A DNA stretch of 63,897 nt, filler included, from Octopus bimaculoides (Eukaryota): the NCBI RefSeq assembly GCF_001194135.2. It is 5 parts of 5 records of this genome, joined end to end, with 100 filler letters (N's around TTAATTAATTAA, not from the genome) between each part and the next. Parts side by side here need not be neighbours in the genome. Positions count along the whole stretch, not along the records: positions 1 to 28,379 come from NC_068983.1; positions 28,480 to 44,921 come from NC_069004.1; 3 more parts are not named here. One strand, 5' to 3'. Position numbers and translations under genes: made by a program. The notes beneath the pieces are model-generated. The model had not been told where the DNA came from. It saw only the letters and a list, made by a program, of their open reading frames with translations, and searched no databases. This document shows, piece by piece, positions 23,823-37,006 of this stretch. Within the stretch, counting starts at the first letter, position 1. Every line of letters begins with the position of its first letter.

Positions 23823-24254
23823 ATATTTTGCTTGGCACAGGTTCGGTCTTATTCCTGGTAGGATTTATGTGGGTAGCGGGTCCCTACCTGTAACCTTAGG
23901 TATCCACAAGTTTTCAGCTGTTTTTCAAGTGCTTAGAACCCACCATTGATGGTGATAGTGTTGCACCCGGGAGGCTCAGACATTCTGGTCCGGCTCCAGC
24001 CTGTCGATATCCAGAATGGGACCACCACACACGGTGTATAAGGAACAAGCAAATTAATGCTGTGTTCATGGAGTGTTACTACCTGACCAACTCGGTAGAT
24101 GAAAATGAACCTTGGAACAGCTCGAATACTCCGGAAGGTGCTCGAAAAATAAGAGGTGCAACCTTAGCTCACTGGTAGTGAACAGCTGACACCCTAGTAC
24201 ATCTTCAACGTTAGAAACTGTGCAAAGGCAATGATGATGATGATGATGATGAAG

Positions 24255-24336
<82 letters not shown>

Positions 24337-24342
24337 CAACAC
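23823..24342 (+). mobile_element. short internally deleted R4/Dong-like LINE derivative
   Basis: N-terminal-type motif INAVFMECYY (MECYY at 24068-24082) joined about 30 nt later to the terminal LGTARILRKVLEK* (24111-24152), then 3' UTR and (GAT/AAT)n tail. Confidence 0.7.
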
Positions 24343-25380
24343 ANNNNNNNNNNNNNNNNNNNNNNNNNNNNNNNNNNNNNNNNNNNNNNNNNNNNNNNNN
24401 NNNNNNNNNNNNNNNNNNNNNNNNNNNNNNNNNNNNNNNNNNNNNNNNNNNNNNNNNNNNNNNNNNNNNNNNNNNNNNNNNNNNNNNNNNNNNNNNNNNN
24501 NNNNNNNNNNNNNNNNNNNNNNNNNNNNNNNNNNNNNNNNNNNNNNNNNNNNNNNNNNNNNNNNNNNNNNNNNNNNNNNNNNNNNNNNNNNNNNNNNNNN
24601 NNNNNNNNNNNNNNNNNNNNNNNNNNNNNNNNNNNNNNNNNNNNNNNNNNNNNNNNNNNNNNNNNNNNNNNNNNNNNNNNNNNNNNNNNNNNNNNNNNNN
24701 NNNNNNNNNNNNNNNNNNNNNNNNNNNNNNNNNNNNNNNNNNNNNNNNNNNNNNNNNNNNNNNNNNNNNNNNNNNNNNNNNNNNNNNNNNNNNNNNNNNN
24801 NNNNNNNNNNNNNNNNNNNNNNNNNNNNNNNNNNNNNNNNNNNNNNNNNNNNNNNNNNNNNNNNNNNNNNNNNNNNNNNNNNNNNNNNNNNNNNNNNNNN
24901 NNNNNNNNNNNNNNNNNNNNNNNNNNNNNNNNNNNNNNNNNNNNNNNNNNNNNNNNNNNNNNNNNNNNNNNNNNNNNNNNNNNNNNNNNNNNNNNNNNNN
25001 NNNNNNNNNNNNNNNNNNNNNNNNNNNNNNNNNNNNNNNNNNNNNNNNNNNNNNNNNNNNNNNNNNNNNNNNNNNNNNNNNNNNNNNNNNNNNNNNNNNN
25101 NNNNNNNNNNNNNNNNNNNNNNNNNNNNNNNNNNNNNNNNNNNNNNNNNNNNNNNNNNNNNNNNNNNNNNNNNNNNNNNNNNNNNNNNNNNNNNNNNNNN
25201 NNNNNNNNNNNNNNNCACCACCACCACCACCACCACCGCCTCCACGGATACACATACATACTCTCATGTTGACACATTTATACTCACATGCATTATATTT
25301 TCAGATGCACAAACACACACTATCAGGTACATACTGTCACACATACACACTTGTATTAATATAGACATACATTTCAATAG

Positions 25381-25520
25381 GGTAGGCGAGTGGCTTGGTG
25401 GTTAGGGGAAATCGGCTCACACTCGCAAGGTCATGTGTTTGATTGCAGGTGACGCGTTGTGCCCTTGAGCAAGGCACTTTATTCCACATTGCTTCAGTCC
25501 ACTCATCTGGCAAAAATGAG
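25381..25520 (+). mobile_element. tRNA-derived SINE, family C, 5' part
   Basis: GGCGAGTGGCTTGGTGGTTAGG head, then CCCTTGAGCAAGGCACTTTATTCCACATTGCTTCAGTCCACTCA. Confidence 0.7.
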
Positions 25521-27171
25521 TAGTACTTGGGTATATCATCCGCAACGTCGTCATCATCATTATCATCAGCATCTTCATCACAATTATTGTTATGGGAAAT
25601 TTCTATGCAGTATTTTCGGCTTTCTACATTTTAAGCGGAAATCTGCAAATGGTAGACTTTGCTTTTCAACTCATCTATGTCGATAAAATAAAAATCAGTC
25701 AAAAAATAACGTGTCTTAAATTGAGTCTATGTGCAAATGGTACTTAATTTTGTGCCTATATCATATATATACCTGTGATCAGGAAATGGATAGCAGAATT
25801 TGTAATTCAACATACAAAATTACTTAATTCCATATCTACTATTATCATTTTTAAGACTTAGACTTCTGGGATCAATAAAAGATTTCCATATAATTGCGCG
25901 CCCCCATTCCATCTTATGTGTAACCGTACGTATGCTAATGCTAGATATCATATTTTTGAAATTATAACTATATGTATAGCTGTAATGTAACTTTAGACTG
26001 TTAGTCCAGCAGTATATAGAGCGAATAACCTTTTGTAGCAGTTCAAATGCAAATATAGCCCAACAGCTAAACTCATTTTATGGAGTTACCAACAAGCGTT
26101 GTTTATAACACGTTTCCTTCAAATTGTAACCTTCTGAAAATTGAATTTCATTGTTTCATCTCGATACATAACGAAAAATTTATCTCGCATTTTCACAGAG
26201 TGAAGCCATTTTATAACATTTCCTCTAGTGTATCTTTCAGGCAAAGATTTATCCATATTCCATCATAATTTCTAATTCTCTCATTGCTTCAATCGTGATA
26301 TTCTGTACGAATTAATAATGTACCAATCATTTCTGTTTCTGAGAATCGCTGTGCATTTCGCGAATTTCTTCCAGGCTATTCTATTCCCAGCCACAATTCA
26401 AATTACAAATAAATATAACTGCATTGAATTTTCAAAGTAAAACCAATTTCATTATTATTGCGAAAGAAATACAGAGTATAGGCGAAAACAGTGAAAATGA
26501 AATGAAGCAAAAATAATTTTAAATAGTAAAAATAGAAAAATGCATAACTGCTGCTTCGTTAAAATTCATCTCAATGAATAAAAGTTTTGATAAATTCTGT
26601 TTCTTGCGTTAGTTTAGTTTTTCCATTGAAGATTTCGATTATATATGTCATTATAATCGTGAGTACTAAATTGATATCTAAACGAAAGGAATCTTGTTAA
26701 CGCATACGAAACTATGAATAATCACTCAGACTGCCATAGACGCAGAGATAAAAAACCACAGACACACACACAAATAGATATAGATAGAGAGAAAGACCGA
26801 GAGAGAAATGAAAGAAAAAACACAGATTATATGAACATTTATATATTTTTGTATATAGTTTTTGCATTCTCAAGAATCGTTTATTATATTAGAAATTTAA
26901 TTTAACATTCTAAAAATAGCAATTTTCTGAAAGCAGAAAAGTCAACAAACATTGACTTCTAGTTTTTGTTATTTCACATTCTAATATATTTGAAGGTAAG
27001 AATCAATTTTAATTGATATACAACGTATTAAATTTTGATAATTTATTTCTCTCTCTCGCTCTCTTCCTCTGTATCTCTCACTATCAGTCAACAGTTATCT
27101 TCCTGTTTTCCCCCACCTTAACATCACATATTTATATGCATATATATGTACTTAAATAAATATATATGTAT

Positions 27172-27236
<65 letters not shown>

Positions 27237-28346
27237 GTGTGTATAATTGTAAATACACACATACATTATATATCTATTATATATGTGTGTCAGTGTTGTG
27301 GAGATAATCGCTGAAAATAATTTATTGATATATCGACTCCTTCATTACAATTGTTTTAGTAGCCATTTAATAAAACAAACCATCTCATCAAATGAAGATA
27401 TCGAAATATAAGAACAGATTGAAAATATTGTTTCTATATATACTGAAATCTCAAAGTAAAAATCAAACAAGTAATAATAATATAAATAGTTATAAAAGGA
27501 TAAGCGGATAGAGAATAGCGATTAGAAAAAATATCAAAATGAGAAGATGTTACAAACGAAAAATATATAAATAACAAATACAAAAATGAAAAGTAAAAAT
27601 GAAAATAATTGTAAAATCTAAAATAAACAAAACAGAATAAAAGCAAAAATAAAGAGGAGTCTAGGACAACAAAATTATAGAACCAAACGATAAAATGTAA
27701 AAAAGACGAAGGACCCCCAAATGAAGAACAATAAATATAGAATGAAAACAATAAAAGGGAAAATTACAAAATAATTAAAAGAAATAATAGAGATATTAAA
27801 AAAATATGAAACAGGAAAATGTATTGAAATACAAAAGTTGAAAATAAAAAGATTCAAAAACAGGACTTAAGAAATATAAAAAAAAAGTAAACTGTATAGT
27901 ATTTAGCGATCGACAACAAATAACACAATAAGAGATAAAACCCAATCTTTGTTTGACAAGGGAAGATGAGGCGGTTTGTTTTATTGAAATATTGTTGAAT
28001 CAAGTGTAATGGTAGACTCGAAATGTCTAAACCAAAATTCTGCTAATCGTTTAAGTTATTTGAGAGGAACTTCCTACTACGTTATAGCCTGAGACCAAAT
28101 TAATGCCACTTTGTACAATGAATTATAAGAATATGGGAGTTTAACGTGGTTCGAATATAGACCCCTAATTCGAATGGCAATATGTTATGCAATTTAGCAA
28201 TTCTACATACACACACACACACACACACACACACGTACTCACATATACACATACACACACACGCGCACACACTCACATACACACATACACACACGCACAC
28301 ACTCACACATACACACATACACACATACATATATATGTATATCTTA

Positions 28347-28379
<33 letters not shown>

Positions 28380-28423
28380 NNNNNNNNNNNNNNNNNNNNN
28401 NNNNNNNNNNNNNNNNNNNNNNN

Positions 28424-28435
28424 TTAATTAATTAA
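28424..28435. other. assembly spacer: TTAATTAATTAA inside a run of N (also at 44966-44977, 59725-59736 and 61969-61980)
   Basis: Identical 12-mer embedded in N at four sites; 44 N on each side at this site, giving a 100-nt join. Confidence 0.9.
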
Positions 28436-28685
28436 NNNNNNNNNNNNNNNNNNNNNNNNNNNNNNNNNNNNNNNNNNNNATATATATATATATATATATA
28501 TATACATATCATCATCAATATCATCATCATCAACAATAATAATAATGATAAGCAGTGATTTCTATCTTCCATCCTTATGTAACCCACTAACCCTGCTATT
28601 TGCCCCACTCCCGAAATATGCCTCCATTTCTTCCCTGTTCTCGACATCATAAAGCATCAAGTAGTTGACCATGTTGTCTTTTCAG

Positions 28686-28739
28686 CAATTCGGACATATT
28701 TTAGATGTAGAAATAATCTTTAATGAACGGGGTTCAAAG
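28686..28739 (+). CDS. RBFOX1: internal coding exon of an Rbfox/Fox-1 RNA-binding protein (RRM)
   Basis: TTGTCTTTTCAG|54 nt|GTAAGT, phase 0-0, encoding QFGHILDVEIIFNERGSK versus QFGKILDVEIIFNERGSK in vertebrate RBFOX RRMs. The symbol denotes the family ortholog, not a specific paralog. Confidence 0.93.
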
Positions 28740-28769
28740 GTAAGTCCAACACTTCATTTGTCTAATCAA

Positions 28770-28800
<31 letters not shown>

Positions 28801-29567
28801 GTTCCTATCTTAATCACTCTCTCTATATCAATCACTCTGTCTATTTCCATAATTCTCTCCTTCAATTTTCTTTAATCCTCTCTTCTCTTCCTATGGTCCT
28901 GTCCCCCAAGCCCTTGGTCGATCATTTATTTTTTTCCTCCCTACTCATTCTACAAACACCAAACCCCCAATTTTCTAACCGAACCCTTCACACTCATAAC
29001 TGTACCCTTTTTAATAAAAAGCAGGTACCTTAGGTTTTTTTTTTTTAACCCTTTTTTTCTCAGGACTCAGTTTTCAACATTTCTCTCTGTGAACTAATTA
29101 AGGTTTAATTAATTAATTAATTAACTGAGATTTATTTAGTTTACTCACTTAATGATTCTTTAATTAATATCATTGATTTAATTAATCTATTTACTGCAAG
29201 TAATTATGAGAATAGGTGTGTCATTGAAGACAACAATATTGACAATATTGAGCTAATGAGAAGGAAGCCTCTATGTGGTTGCTTGACCATCTAGAAATAA
29301 GTCATAATTTCCCTCAGATCATACACTGCCCTGTCCTACTGTCTTTTTANNNNNNNNNNNNNNNNNNNNNNNNNNNNNNNNNNNNNNNNNNNNNNNNNNN
29401 NNNNNNNNNNNNNNNNNNNNNNNNNNNNNNNNNNNNNNNNNNNNNNNNNNNNNNNNNNNNNNNNNNNNNNNNNNNNNNNNNNNNNNNNNNNNNNNNNNNN
29501 NNNNNNNNNNNNNNNNNNNNNNNNNNNNNNNNNNNNNNNNNNNNNNNNNNNNNNNNNNNNNNNNNNN

Positions 29568-29600
<33 letters not shown>

Positions 29601-29998
29601 ATTAGTTAGATAGGGCCGGTTTATGGGATTACCTTAGGTTTCCCTTCCATAAAGGGCTTAGCTTTATGGCGTATCATCAGACCCCAAAACCTGTTGGCTA
29701 AGGGCCTCTCTAGATGTAAGCATTGCAGTGTATAAACAATATATTTAAGCAAAGTTTTGAGCAATGCAAGTGAGAAGCAGGCAAAATATTTAGGTAATGT
29801 TAATAAATGAAAGCAAAGAGAAATGATATTGTTCTACCTCACATTGGTTGTTTAACGCTTCTATAATATTTTGGGAAAGATTTTCCTTTTCAAATATATG
29901 AAGGTAAAATAATCTAAGAGTTGAAAGAAAAGTGTTCTTACCAGCAGGTCATTTCAGTATGTGAAATGCATCTCAGATATTTATTTCATTGTGATACT

Positions 29999-30062
29999 TT
30001 ATAGTTTTTGAATCTTCCAGTAAAATTCCACTGACTGGTGATTGGCATAATTGTCAAAGAAT
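29999..30062 (-). CDS. putative terminal coding exon of an unidentified minus-strand gene
   Basis: Acceptor ATTTTGTCAG|, phase 2, (Q)FFDNYANHQSVEFYWKIQKL*; AATAAA at 29985-29980, 14 nt after the stop. Confidence 0.55.
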
Positions 30063-30681
30063 CTGACAAAATGCTTTGTACAATACAGTTGTAGCTCTTT
30101 ACATTCTGAGTTCAAATTTTAATGTGGTGCACTTTGCTTTTTATCCCTCGTGGATCAATAAATACCAGTCATATACTGGGGATGATAGAATCAACCAGTT
30201 TTTCTCTCTACCATTATCATCACCAATATTTCTCTTCTTGCACCTTTGTAAGAAATAAATTCTGTTATATTCCATAAAATTTTTGTTTAGGTGGAGGTGG
30301 TGGTGTTTCTTTTTCTTTTTTGTTAAGACAGAATTGCAACAATTAGTTTCCTAGAAATACTTTTCTCCATTCTTGGTTTAACTCGATGCAACATTGTTGC
30401 AATAATACAATTTGGTTTACTGCCACATTAACTAAAACTCTGACGGTTTCCTACATTTGGCACAGCTATAAATATATTTGTATTCTGTGCTCAGCTAAAA
30501 TAAAGAAAGAAAAGAGGCCAAAGTTTAGAAGGGGGAAAAAATAAGTATCTTATCATTTAACTAAAATAAAATAAAAAAAGGAACGAAGGAAAAAAAAATG
30601 TCTTAGCTTGAACGATCGAATAAATTCATCTAATTAAATTTGGAATGTCTTAATATGGTAAAACTCTGGAGAATCTATTAC

Positions 30682-30781
30682 TGACAATAATAACGGTAGA
30701 CCGGTTCTGGAACAGGAGCCAATGATGTAGTTTTGACTTGGTTGTTTGCTAAACCAATGAAAGGAACCTTTTCGAGGTCAA
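30682..30781 (-). CDS. putative internal exon, same minus-strand gene
   Basis: TTATTTTTACCTGTTCAG|100 nt|GTAATA, phase 1-2, (I)DLEKVPFIGLANNQVKTTSLAPVPEPVYRYYC. Confidence 0.55.
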
Positions 30782-31029
30782 CTGAACAGGTAAAAATAAT
30801 AGCTAAACTTTTCTTTTTTTTTTAAAAAAAGAAAGGAAGAATACATCGAAGAATGTGGAAACAACCAGATCATTTTATAGCCCTTTTGTTACCATATTCC
30901 TGATGAAATACGCTGTCTTTCTTGCAATTGATTTTGAAAATCAAGAAGAATTTAATAAAATAACTTTGTCATTACTGAGCTGGTGTTTGAAGCATAAATT
31001 AACATGAAATTTTCATGGAATGTTTTTAA

Positions 31030-31207
31030 CCGTTTAGCATTCAGATTATTCTGTGAAATGTAATGCTTATTTATTCAAATTGGTTTGAATTAATCATGCA
31101 TTGTCTTTAGAATGATATTTTAGGGTAGGTGTGAGGGGCCGAATCTGGCCAGTTTGACCATAAACCAGGTAAAATATTTCGGCTGGATATGGCCTGTTTA
31201 AATGTTA
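31030..31207. mobile_element. piggyBac-like MITE, same family as 62025-62244 in opposite orientation
   Basis: TTAA followed by CCGTTTAGCATT terminus; internal ATTAATCATGCATT and GGATATGGCC segments shared with the 62 kb copy. Confidence 0.6.
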
Positions 31208-31450
31208 CTTTATTTCTAATGAAATATAGTAACTGCTTTATTATCAATTAATTTTGAAAATAATTAAGAATTTATTGTAATAAATTTTGTCATTAAGCTA
31301 GTGTTTGGAACACAAATTAAGAAGTTTAGTTGGAAGTTTTTTAATATAAATCGTTTTAAGTTGAGAAGTTGTATCAAAGAATCAAGGACAGTCACAAATA
31401 GGTTGGTATGACTGGTACAGAAAGGTTAATTATTTATCTATCTATTATGA

Positions 31451-31700
31451 AGGATGTAGCTTAATGGTTAGGGTATCTGGATGAGGACCATAATGTCACG
31501 AGTTCAATTCCTGAACCAAGCATTGCATTTTGTCCTTGAGCAAGGCACTTCATTTACATTGCTCTAGTCTTTCCTCAGCTGAAAATGTGCATCACCGGCT
31601 GATTGAAACTCCCTTCTATCAGCTTCACATTCTGGATGTGACATTGGATCAAAGGGTGGGACAATCAAAGACAGTGAGAGGATATCTGTGTCATGACTAC
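31451..31700 (+). mobile_element. tRNA-derived SINE, family C
   Basis: GGATGTAGCTTAATGGTTAGG A box, GAGTTCAATTCC B box, GTCCTTGAGCAAGGCACTT box. Confidence 0.7.
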
Positions 31701-31894
31701 ATAGGCACCTGAAACAGTTAGCAAAAGCACAGTACACATTACCAAGTCTTTCTCATCCATAAGCAATGGTCGATTATTTACTTAAAGTAAAGGCTTCACA
31801 CATTATAGTCTCTCCAACAACAGGGAGAGAAAGACAGAGAGAATATATGCAAACTGAGCCTGAGAACTGGTATCCCCCCCACCAACACACATAC

Positions 31895-31961
31895 TTTGTA
31901 GCACAAAATGGTAGTAGACGTAGTTGGTGAAAGGCTCGCTTAACAATTGGTTGTGGTAAAC
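31895..31961 (-). CDS. putative internal exon, same minus-strand gene
   Basis: TATTTCTAAAG|67 nt|GTATGT, phase 0-1, VYHNQLLSEPFTNYVYYHFVLQ. Confidence 0.55.
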
Positions 31962-32269
31962 CTTTAGAAATACTTGTTTTTTAATTCAGTATTAATTATA
32001 ATCCATTTCCATAAGCTTATTTTTCTTATTTTGTTATTTTTAATTATCATTATTATATATTTTTTGCTTGGGAATTTTCTGGTTAAATTTTGGTTAAAGG
32101 TGTTATTTTCTGAAATGATATTGAATAATATAAAAAAATAATAAATATTTTTTGGTTTATAATTATTATTATTATTATTTAATTATTTATTATTTTTTGG
32201 TTTGGCACGAGAATCGGTTTGTTAGCGATTCTCTTTTTATGTATGGATATATGTGTGTAGGTTGGTAGG

Positions 32270-32771
32270 GAGTCTCTATGAATTGAACCTGAAACCACAA
32301 GGTTTGTAAATGAACAGTTTAGCCACACAGCTATGCCTGTGCCCATATGATATAAACACACATATACACAGTCTCTCACATATGGTCTGCTTCTTTCAAT
32401 TTCCCCCCCCCCATACCAATTCTAAGTCTAAGGCTTCAGTCAACCTAGAGCCGCAGTCAAAGACACTTGCCCAAGGTGCCATACAATGGGACTGAACCCC
32501 AGATTACATAGTTTGTAACCAAACTTCTGAACCACAGACCCATGCCTGCTGCTACATGGCACAAACTTTGTTGCAACATGATGCATTTTTATTTTTTCTA
32601 TTTTCTATTCTACTTGTTTCAGTCATTTGACTGTGGCCATGCTGGAGCACTGCCTTTAGTCGATCAAATCGACCCCAGGACTTATTCTTTGCAAGCCTGG
32701 TACTTATTCTATTGGAGTATTTTGCCGAACTGCTTAAGTTATGGGGATGTAAGCACACCAACATAGGTTGT
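32270..32771 (-). mobile_element. three family-A SINE fragments (head 32270-32345, 5' half 32385-32548, 3' half 32605-32771 running into a gap)
   Basis: Reverse-complement similarity to 48105-48503. Confidence 0.75.
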
Positions 32772-33673
32772 NNNNNNNNNNNNNNNNNNNNNNNNNNNNN
32801 NNNNNNNNNNNNNNNNNNNNNNNNNNNNNNNNNNNNNNNNNNNNNNNNNNNNNNNNNNNNNNNNNNNNNNNNNNNNNNNNNNNNNNNNNNNNNNNNNNNN
32901 NNNNNNNNNNNNNNNNNNNNNNNNNNNNNNNNNNNNNNNNNNNNNNNNNNNNNNNNNNNNNNNNNNNNNNNNNNNNNNNNNNNNNNNNNNNNNNNNNNNN
33001 NNNNNNNNNNNNNNNNNNNNNNNNNNNNNNNNNNNNNNNNNNNNNNNNNNNNNNNNNNNNNNNNNNNNNNNNNNNNNNNNNNNNNNNNNNNNNNNNNNNN
33101 NNNNNNNNNNNNNNNNNNNNNNNNNNNNNNNNNNNNNNNNNNNNNNNNNNNNNNNNNNNNNNNNNNNNNNNNNNNNNNNNNNNNNNNNNNNNNNNNNNNN
33201 NNNNNNNNNNNNNNNNNNNNNNNNNNNNNNNNNNNNNNNNNNNNNNNNNNNNNNNNNNNNNNNNNNNNNNNNNNNNNNNNNNNNNNNNNNNNNNNNNNNN
33301 NNNNNNNNNNNNNNNNNNNNNNNNNNNNNNNNNNNNNNNNNNNNNNNNNNNNNNNNNNNNNNNNNNNNNNNNNNNNNNNNNNNNNNNNNNNNNNNNNNNN
33401 NNNNNNNNNNNNNNNNNNNNNNNNNNNNNNNNNNNNNNNNNNNNNNNNNNNNNNNNNNNNNNNNNNNNNNNNNNNNNNNNNNNNNNNNNNNNNNNNNNNN
33501 NNNNNNNNNNNNNNNNNNNNNNNNNNNNNNNNNNNNNNNNNNNNNNNNNNNNNNNNNNNNNNNNNNNNNNNNNNNNNNNNNNNNNNNNNNNNNNNNNNNN
33601 NNNNNNNNNNNNNNNNNNNNNNNNNNNNNNNNNNNNNNNNNNNNNNNNNNNNNNNNNNNNNNNNNNNNNNNNN

Positions 33674-34050
33674 GTAAGTAGCTTGCTTACCAACCACATG
33701 GTTCCGGGTTTAGTTCTACTCTGTGGCCCCTTGGGCAAGTGTCTTCTACTATAGCCTCGGGCTGGCCAAAGCCTTGTGAGTGGATTTGGTAGGCAGAAAT
33801 TGAAAGAAGCCCATCGTATGATATATATATATATATGTGTGTGTCTGTATTTGTTCCCCCTCCACCGTTTTGACAGCCGGTGTTAGTGTGTTTACATTCC
33901 GATGAGTTAGTGGTTTGGCCAAAGAGGCCGAGAGAAAAAGTACCAGGCTTAAAAAAAGATTTTTTTAAAAATACTGGGATCAATACATTCAACCGTAAAT
34001 TCTTGAGGGCAGTGCCCTGCAAAGGCCCCAGTCTAATGACTGAAAAAAGT
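33674..34050 (+). mobile_element. family-A SINE, head partly lost in the gap
   Basis: GTAAGTAGCTTGCTTACCAACCACATGGTTCCGGG...CCTTGGGCAAGTGTCTTCTACTATAGCC, central (TA/TG)n, 3' half to GACTGAAA. Confidence 0.85.
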
Positions 34051-34155
34051 CATAGATAAAAGGTAGGTATACATATGTATATATATGTATTCCCCATGCA
34101 TACCGCACACACACATATATAAACACACACACACACACACATATGCAATGCATAC

Positions 34156-34236
34156 TTTATGAAGCTGCACAATATGATTGAAGGTTTGGAAGGCATCCAA
34201 CAATTCGAAACATTGCAAACAAGCGCAGTAAACAAT
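34156..34236 (-). CDS. putative internal exon, same minus-strand gene (acceptor uncertain)
   Basis: GCCAG|81 nt|GTATGC, phase 0-0, IVYCACLQCFELLDAFQTFNHIVQLHK; alternative in-frame acceptors lie up to about 30 nt upstream. Confidence 0.5.
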
Positions 34237-34545
34237 CTGGCGCCAAGTGTAGGACCTTGCTACACGTTCTTGAAAGTGTCAGTGTCTGTATTTATTGAAC
34301 GTGTGCAGGGCTGGTTGTGGGGGCTGGGGTGGAGAATATTGGTGGTGGTGGGCGGGGGGATTGTTGGTTTGGAATTTCAGATGAAAATCTGGTTTCCGAG
34401 CAGTTTCCTGATGAACGGAATGGTTTCTGCCACAAGAGAATATTGTGAAGTGACTGAATGCAATATGGATAGGTGATAAGAAATTCTAGCTAAGTGCACA
34501 TAGAGTGTGTATATACGTATAAAGATGTATGTGTGAGGTGTGTGC

Positions 34546-34621
<76 letters not shown>

Positions 34622-36190
34622 TTAGATACATATGTATATTATATATACACACATGGACATATGCATGTGTATATACATGTGCATGTATATGTGTATGCAT
34701 ATATATATATACTAACACATGCTGCATACATACACCTGTACACACAGAAACACACATACATACATCCATATACATGCACACACACACACATAGATGTATA
34801 TGTATACATAAATTGCAGGAGAATTTGGTGTAATATATATATATATACACACACACACACATGCACATAATGTGTATAGATATATTTAATGATTATATAT
34901 ATATACACATACATACACACATAATAGGTATGTGTATATGTGTGTGTATATATATTTAATGATTGTATATATATATATATATAAATATATATATATATCT
35001 ATATATATGCACATAATGTGTGTGAGTATGAAACAAAGGCAGGTGAGATATTATCATCAAAGAAATTTGTCATTCTTCAGAAGGGGAAGAGTGTGACATA
35101 AAAGCTGTTCGCTTAAAGACAGCTAATGGGATATGGGTATCGGGGGTGGGGTGGAGGGATGGATGCTGGCGAGTCAGGGGTGGAGGTGCCCGAGTGTAGC
35201 GAAGCAAGTTATCATGGAGACTGTGAATAATGATAATAATAATAATAGAGCAATAATTAAGGAACAGAAGACGGAAGTCAGCAAAAGGACTTCGTCAGGG
35301 ATGTAGCAGATGCATGTGACGGAAAGACCAAAGAAAGAAAGAAAGAATCTGTACGCGTTGATAGGTGGAAATATTTGCAGTGCGATTGGTGCATATTTAC
35401 AGCTGCATCTGGTTTGATGTTGCAGCAGCTACATGGAAATTGATGGGTAAAGTCTGCTATGTATCAGGGGGGATATTGAAGTGGTGCATTCTGAGGCCAT
35501 CATGATTGATTTTTCTCACTGGCAGCTGAGGAAATGAGCGAGTGGCCCACAGTGCAAGCTGTTCTATATATATATATATATATACACGCACATACACACA
35601 CACGCATATGCACATACTCTTTATTTGTGGATCAACAAGGCAACCAATGGTTTCATGTGTAGAACTCTTCACAATTGTTCAAGTGTACGACATGAAAGTG
35701 TTGGTACCCATCTCTATTTTAGATGAGAATATTAATATTAGCATGTGTGTGTGTGTGTGTGTATGTGATCATCATCTTTTTGCTGAACTGCTAAGCAATA
35801 GGGATGTAAATAAACCAACACTGGCTACCAAATCGACTCATGAGGCTTTGGCCAACCTAAGGCTATACACACATTTGGGGAGCAAGCTTCTCATCACAAG
35901 GCCATGCCTTTGCCTATATATATATATATNNNNNNNNNNNNNNNNNNNNNNNNNNNNNNNNNNNNNNNNNNNNNNNNNNNNNNNNNNNNNNNNNNNNNNN
36001 NNNNNNNNNNNNNNNNNNNNNNNNNNNNNNNNNNNNNNNNNNNNNNNNNNNNNNNNNNNNNNNNNNNNNNNNNNNNNNNNNNNNNNNNNNNNNNNNNNNN
36101 NNNNNNNNNNNNNNNNNNNNNNNNNNNNNNNNNNNNNNNNNNNNNNNNNNNNNNNNNNNNNNNNNNNNNNNNNTATCTATTGTTTTAAAA

Positions 36191-36486
36191 CAGTGGTTTC
36201 CAAACGTTTTCGGGTTGCTATCCTTTTGGCACCCAGGCCACCATGCTAGCGCACCCCACTCCATTCACCACTACAAACATAGACCACTTTCTGAAGCAAA
36301 ATCAAAGCAACTGTCTTTCACAAATAAAACTTATCCTAACGAACCCATTATTTTGTTGTTTTCACAACCATTGCACCCCCTGCTTTGTGCCCCATCATCA
36401 CTCCACTTTTCTTCAATGCCCCCTCTTGGATCTTTCACTGCCCGCACAGGGGGGGGGGGCAGTACTGCCTACTTCGAGAACTATTG
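36191..36486. mobile_element. degenerate hAT (Charlie-like) MITE
   Basis: Termini CAGTGGTTTCCAAAC and TTCGAGAACTATTG (9/15 inverted match); imperfect 8-bp TSD TTTTAAAA/TTTGAAAG. Confidence 0.5.
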
Positions 36487-37006
36487 TTTGAAAGTGACCC
36501 CTGTCCATCCAAACTACTGCTAATCTCACCATATGTACTCCCAGATATACTTATCTGGGTGTAATCACACACCCTCACACAAACACTCATTCTCTTCCTT
36601 CCCCTCTCTCTCTCTCTTTATCATTCTCAACCTCTCTCCACCCATTTTCTCTGAGTTCCTCTTCCTTTCACTCTAATCAAAAATCCGATTACACTCCCTC
36701 CATATAAGCACCAGACTGCTGAAACATCGTGCTTCTCCTCATCCACATCATCATCATCATCATCATCATATTAGGGCAGTGAATGGGCAGAATCATTAGC
36801 ACATAGACTAACACGTGCTAATTAAAAACATTCGTACATGGTGTATCTTCAGTCAAAATTACGTATGTGCACACATTCATGGAGAGGTACTACATTGGAC
36901 TGGAACTAAACTGTTACCATTCCTATGGAATCAGAGACACACTGGTACATGAAGACATATACGCTCACTCACAAGCAAGTAGACACATGCATACACATGT
37001 GCTTAC

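Noticed and set aside
23830-23900. HDV-like ribozyme at the 5' end of the internally deleted LINE
   Set aside because: Only a weak P1 and a P4-like hairpin can be drawn, and no catalytic C is present in the J4/2 position. Kept only as a suggested test.
28424-28435. Recurrent TTAATTAATTAA motif
   Set aside because: It is embedded in runs of N at four sites, so it is an assembly spacer rather than biology.
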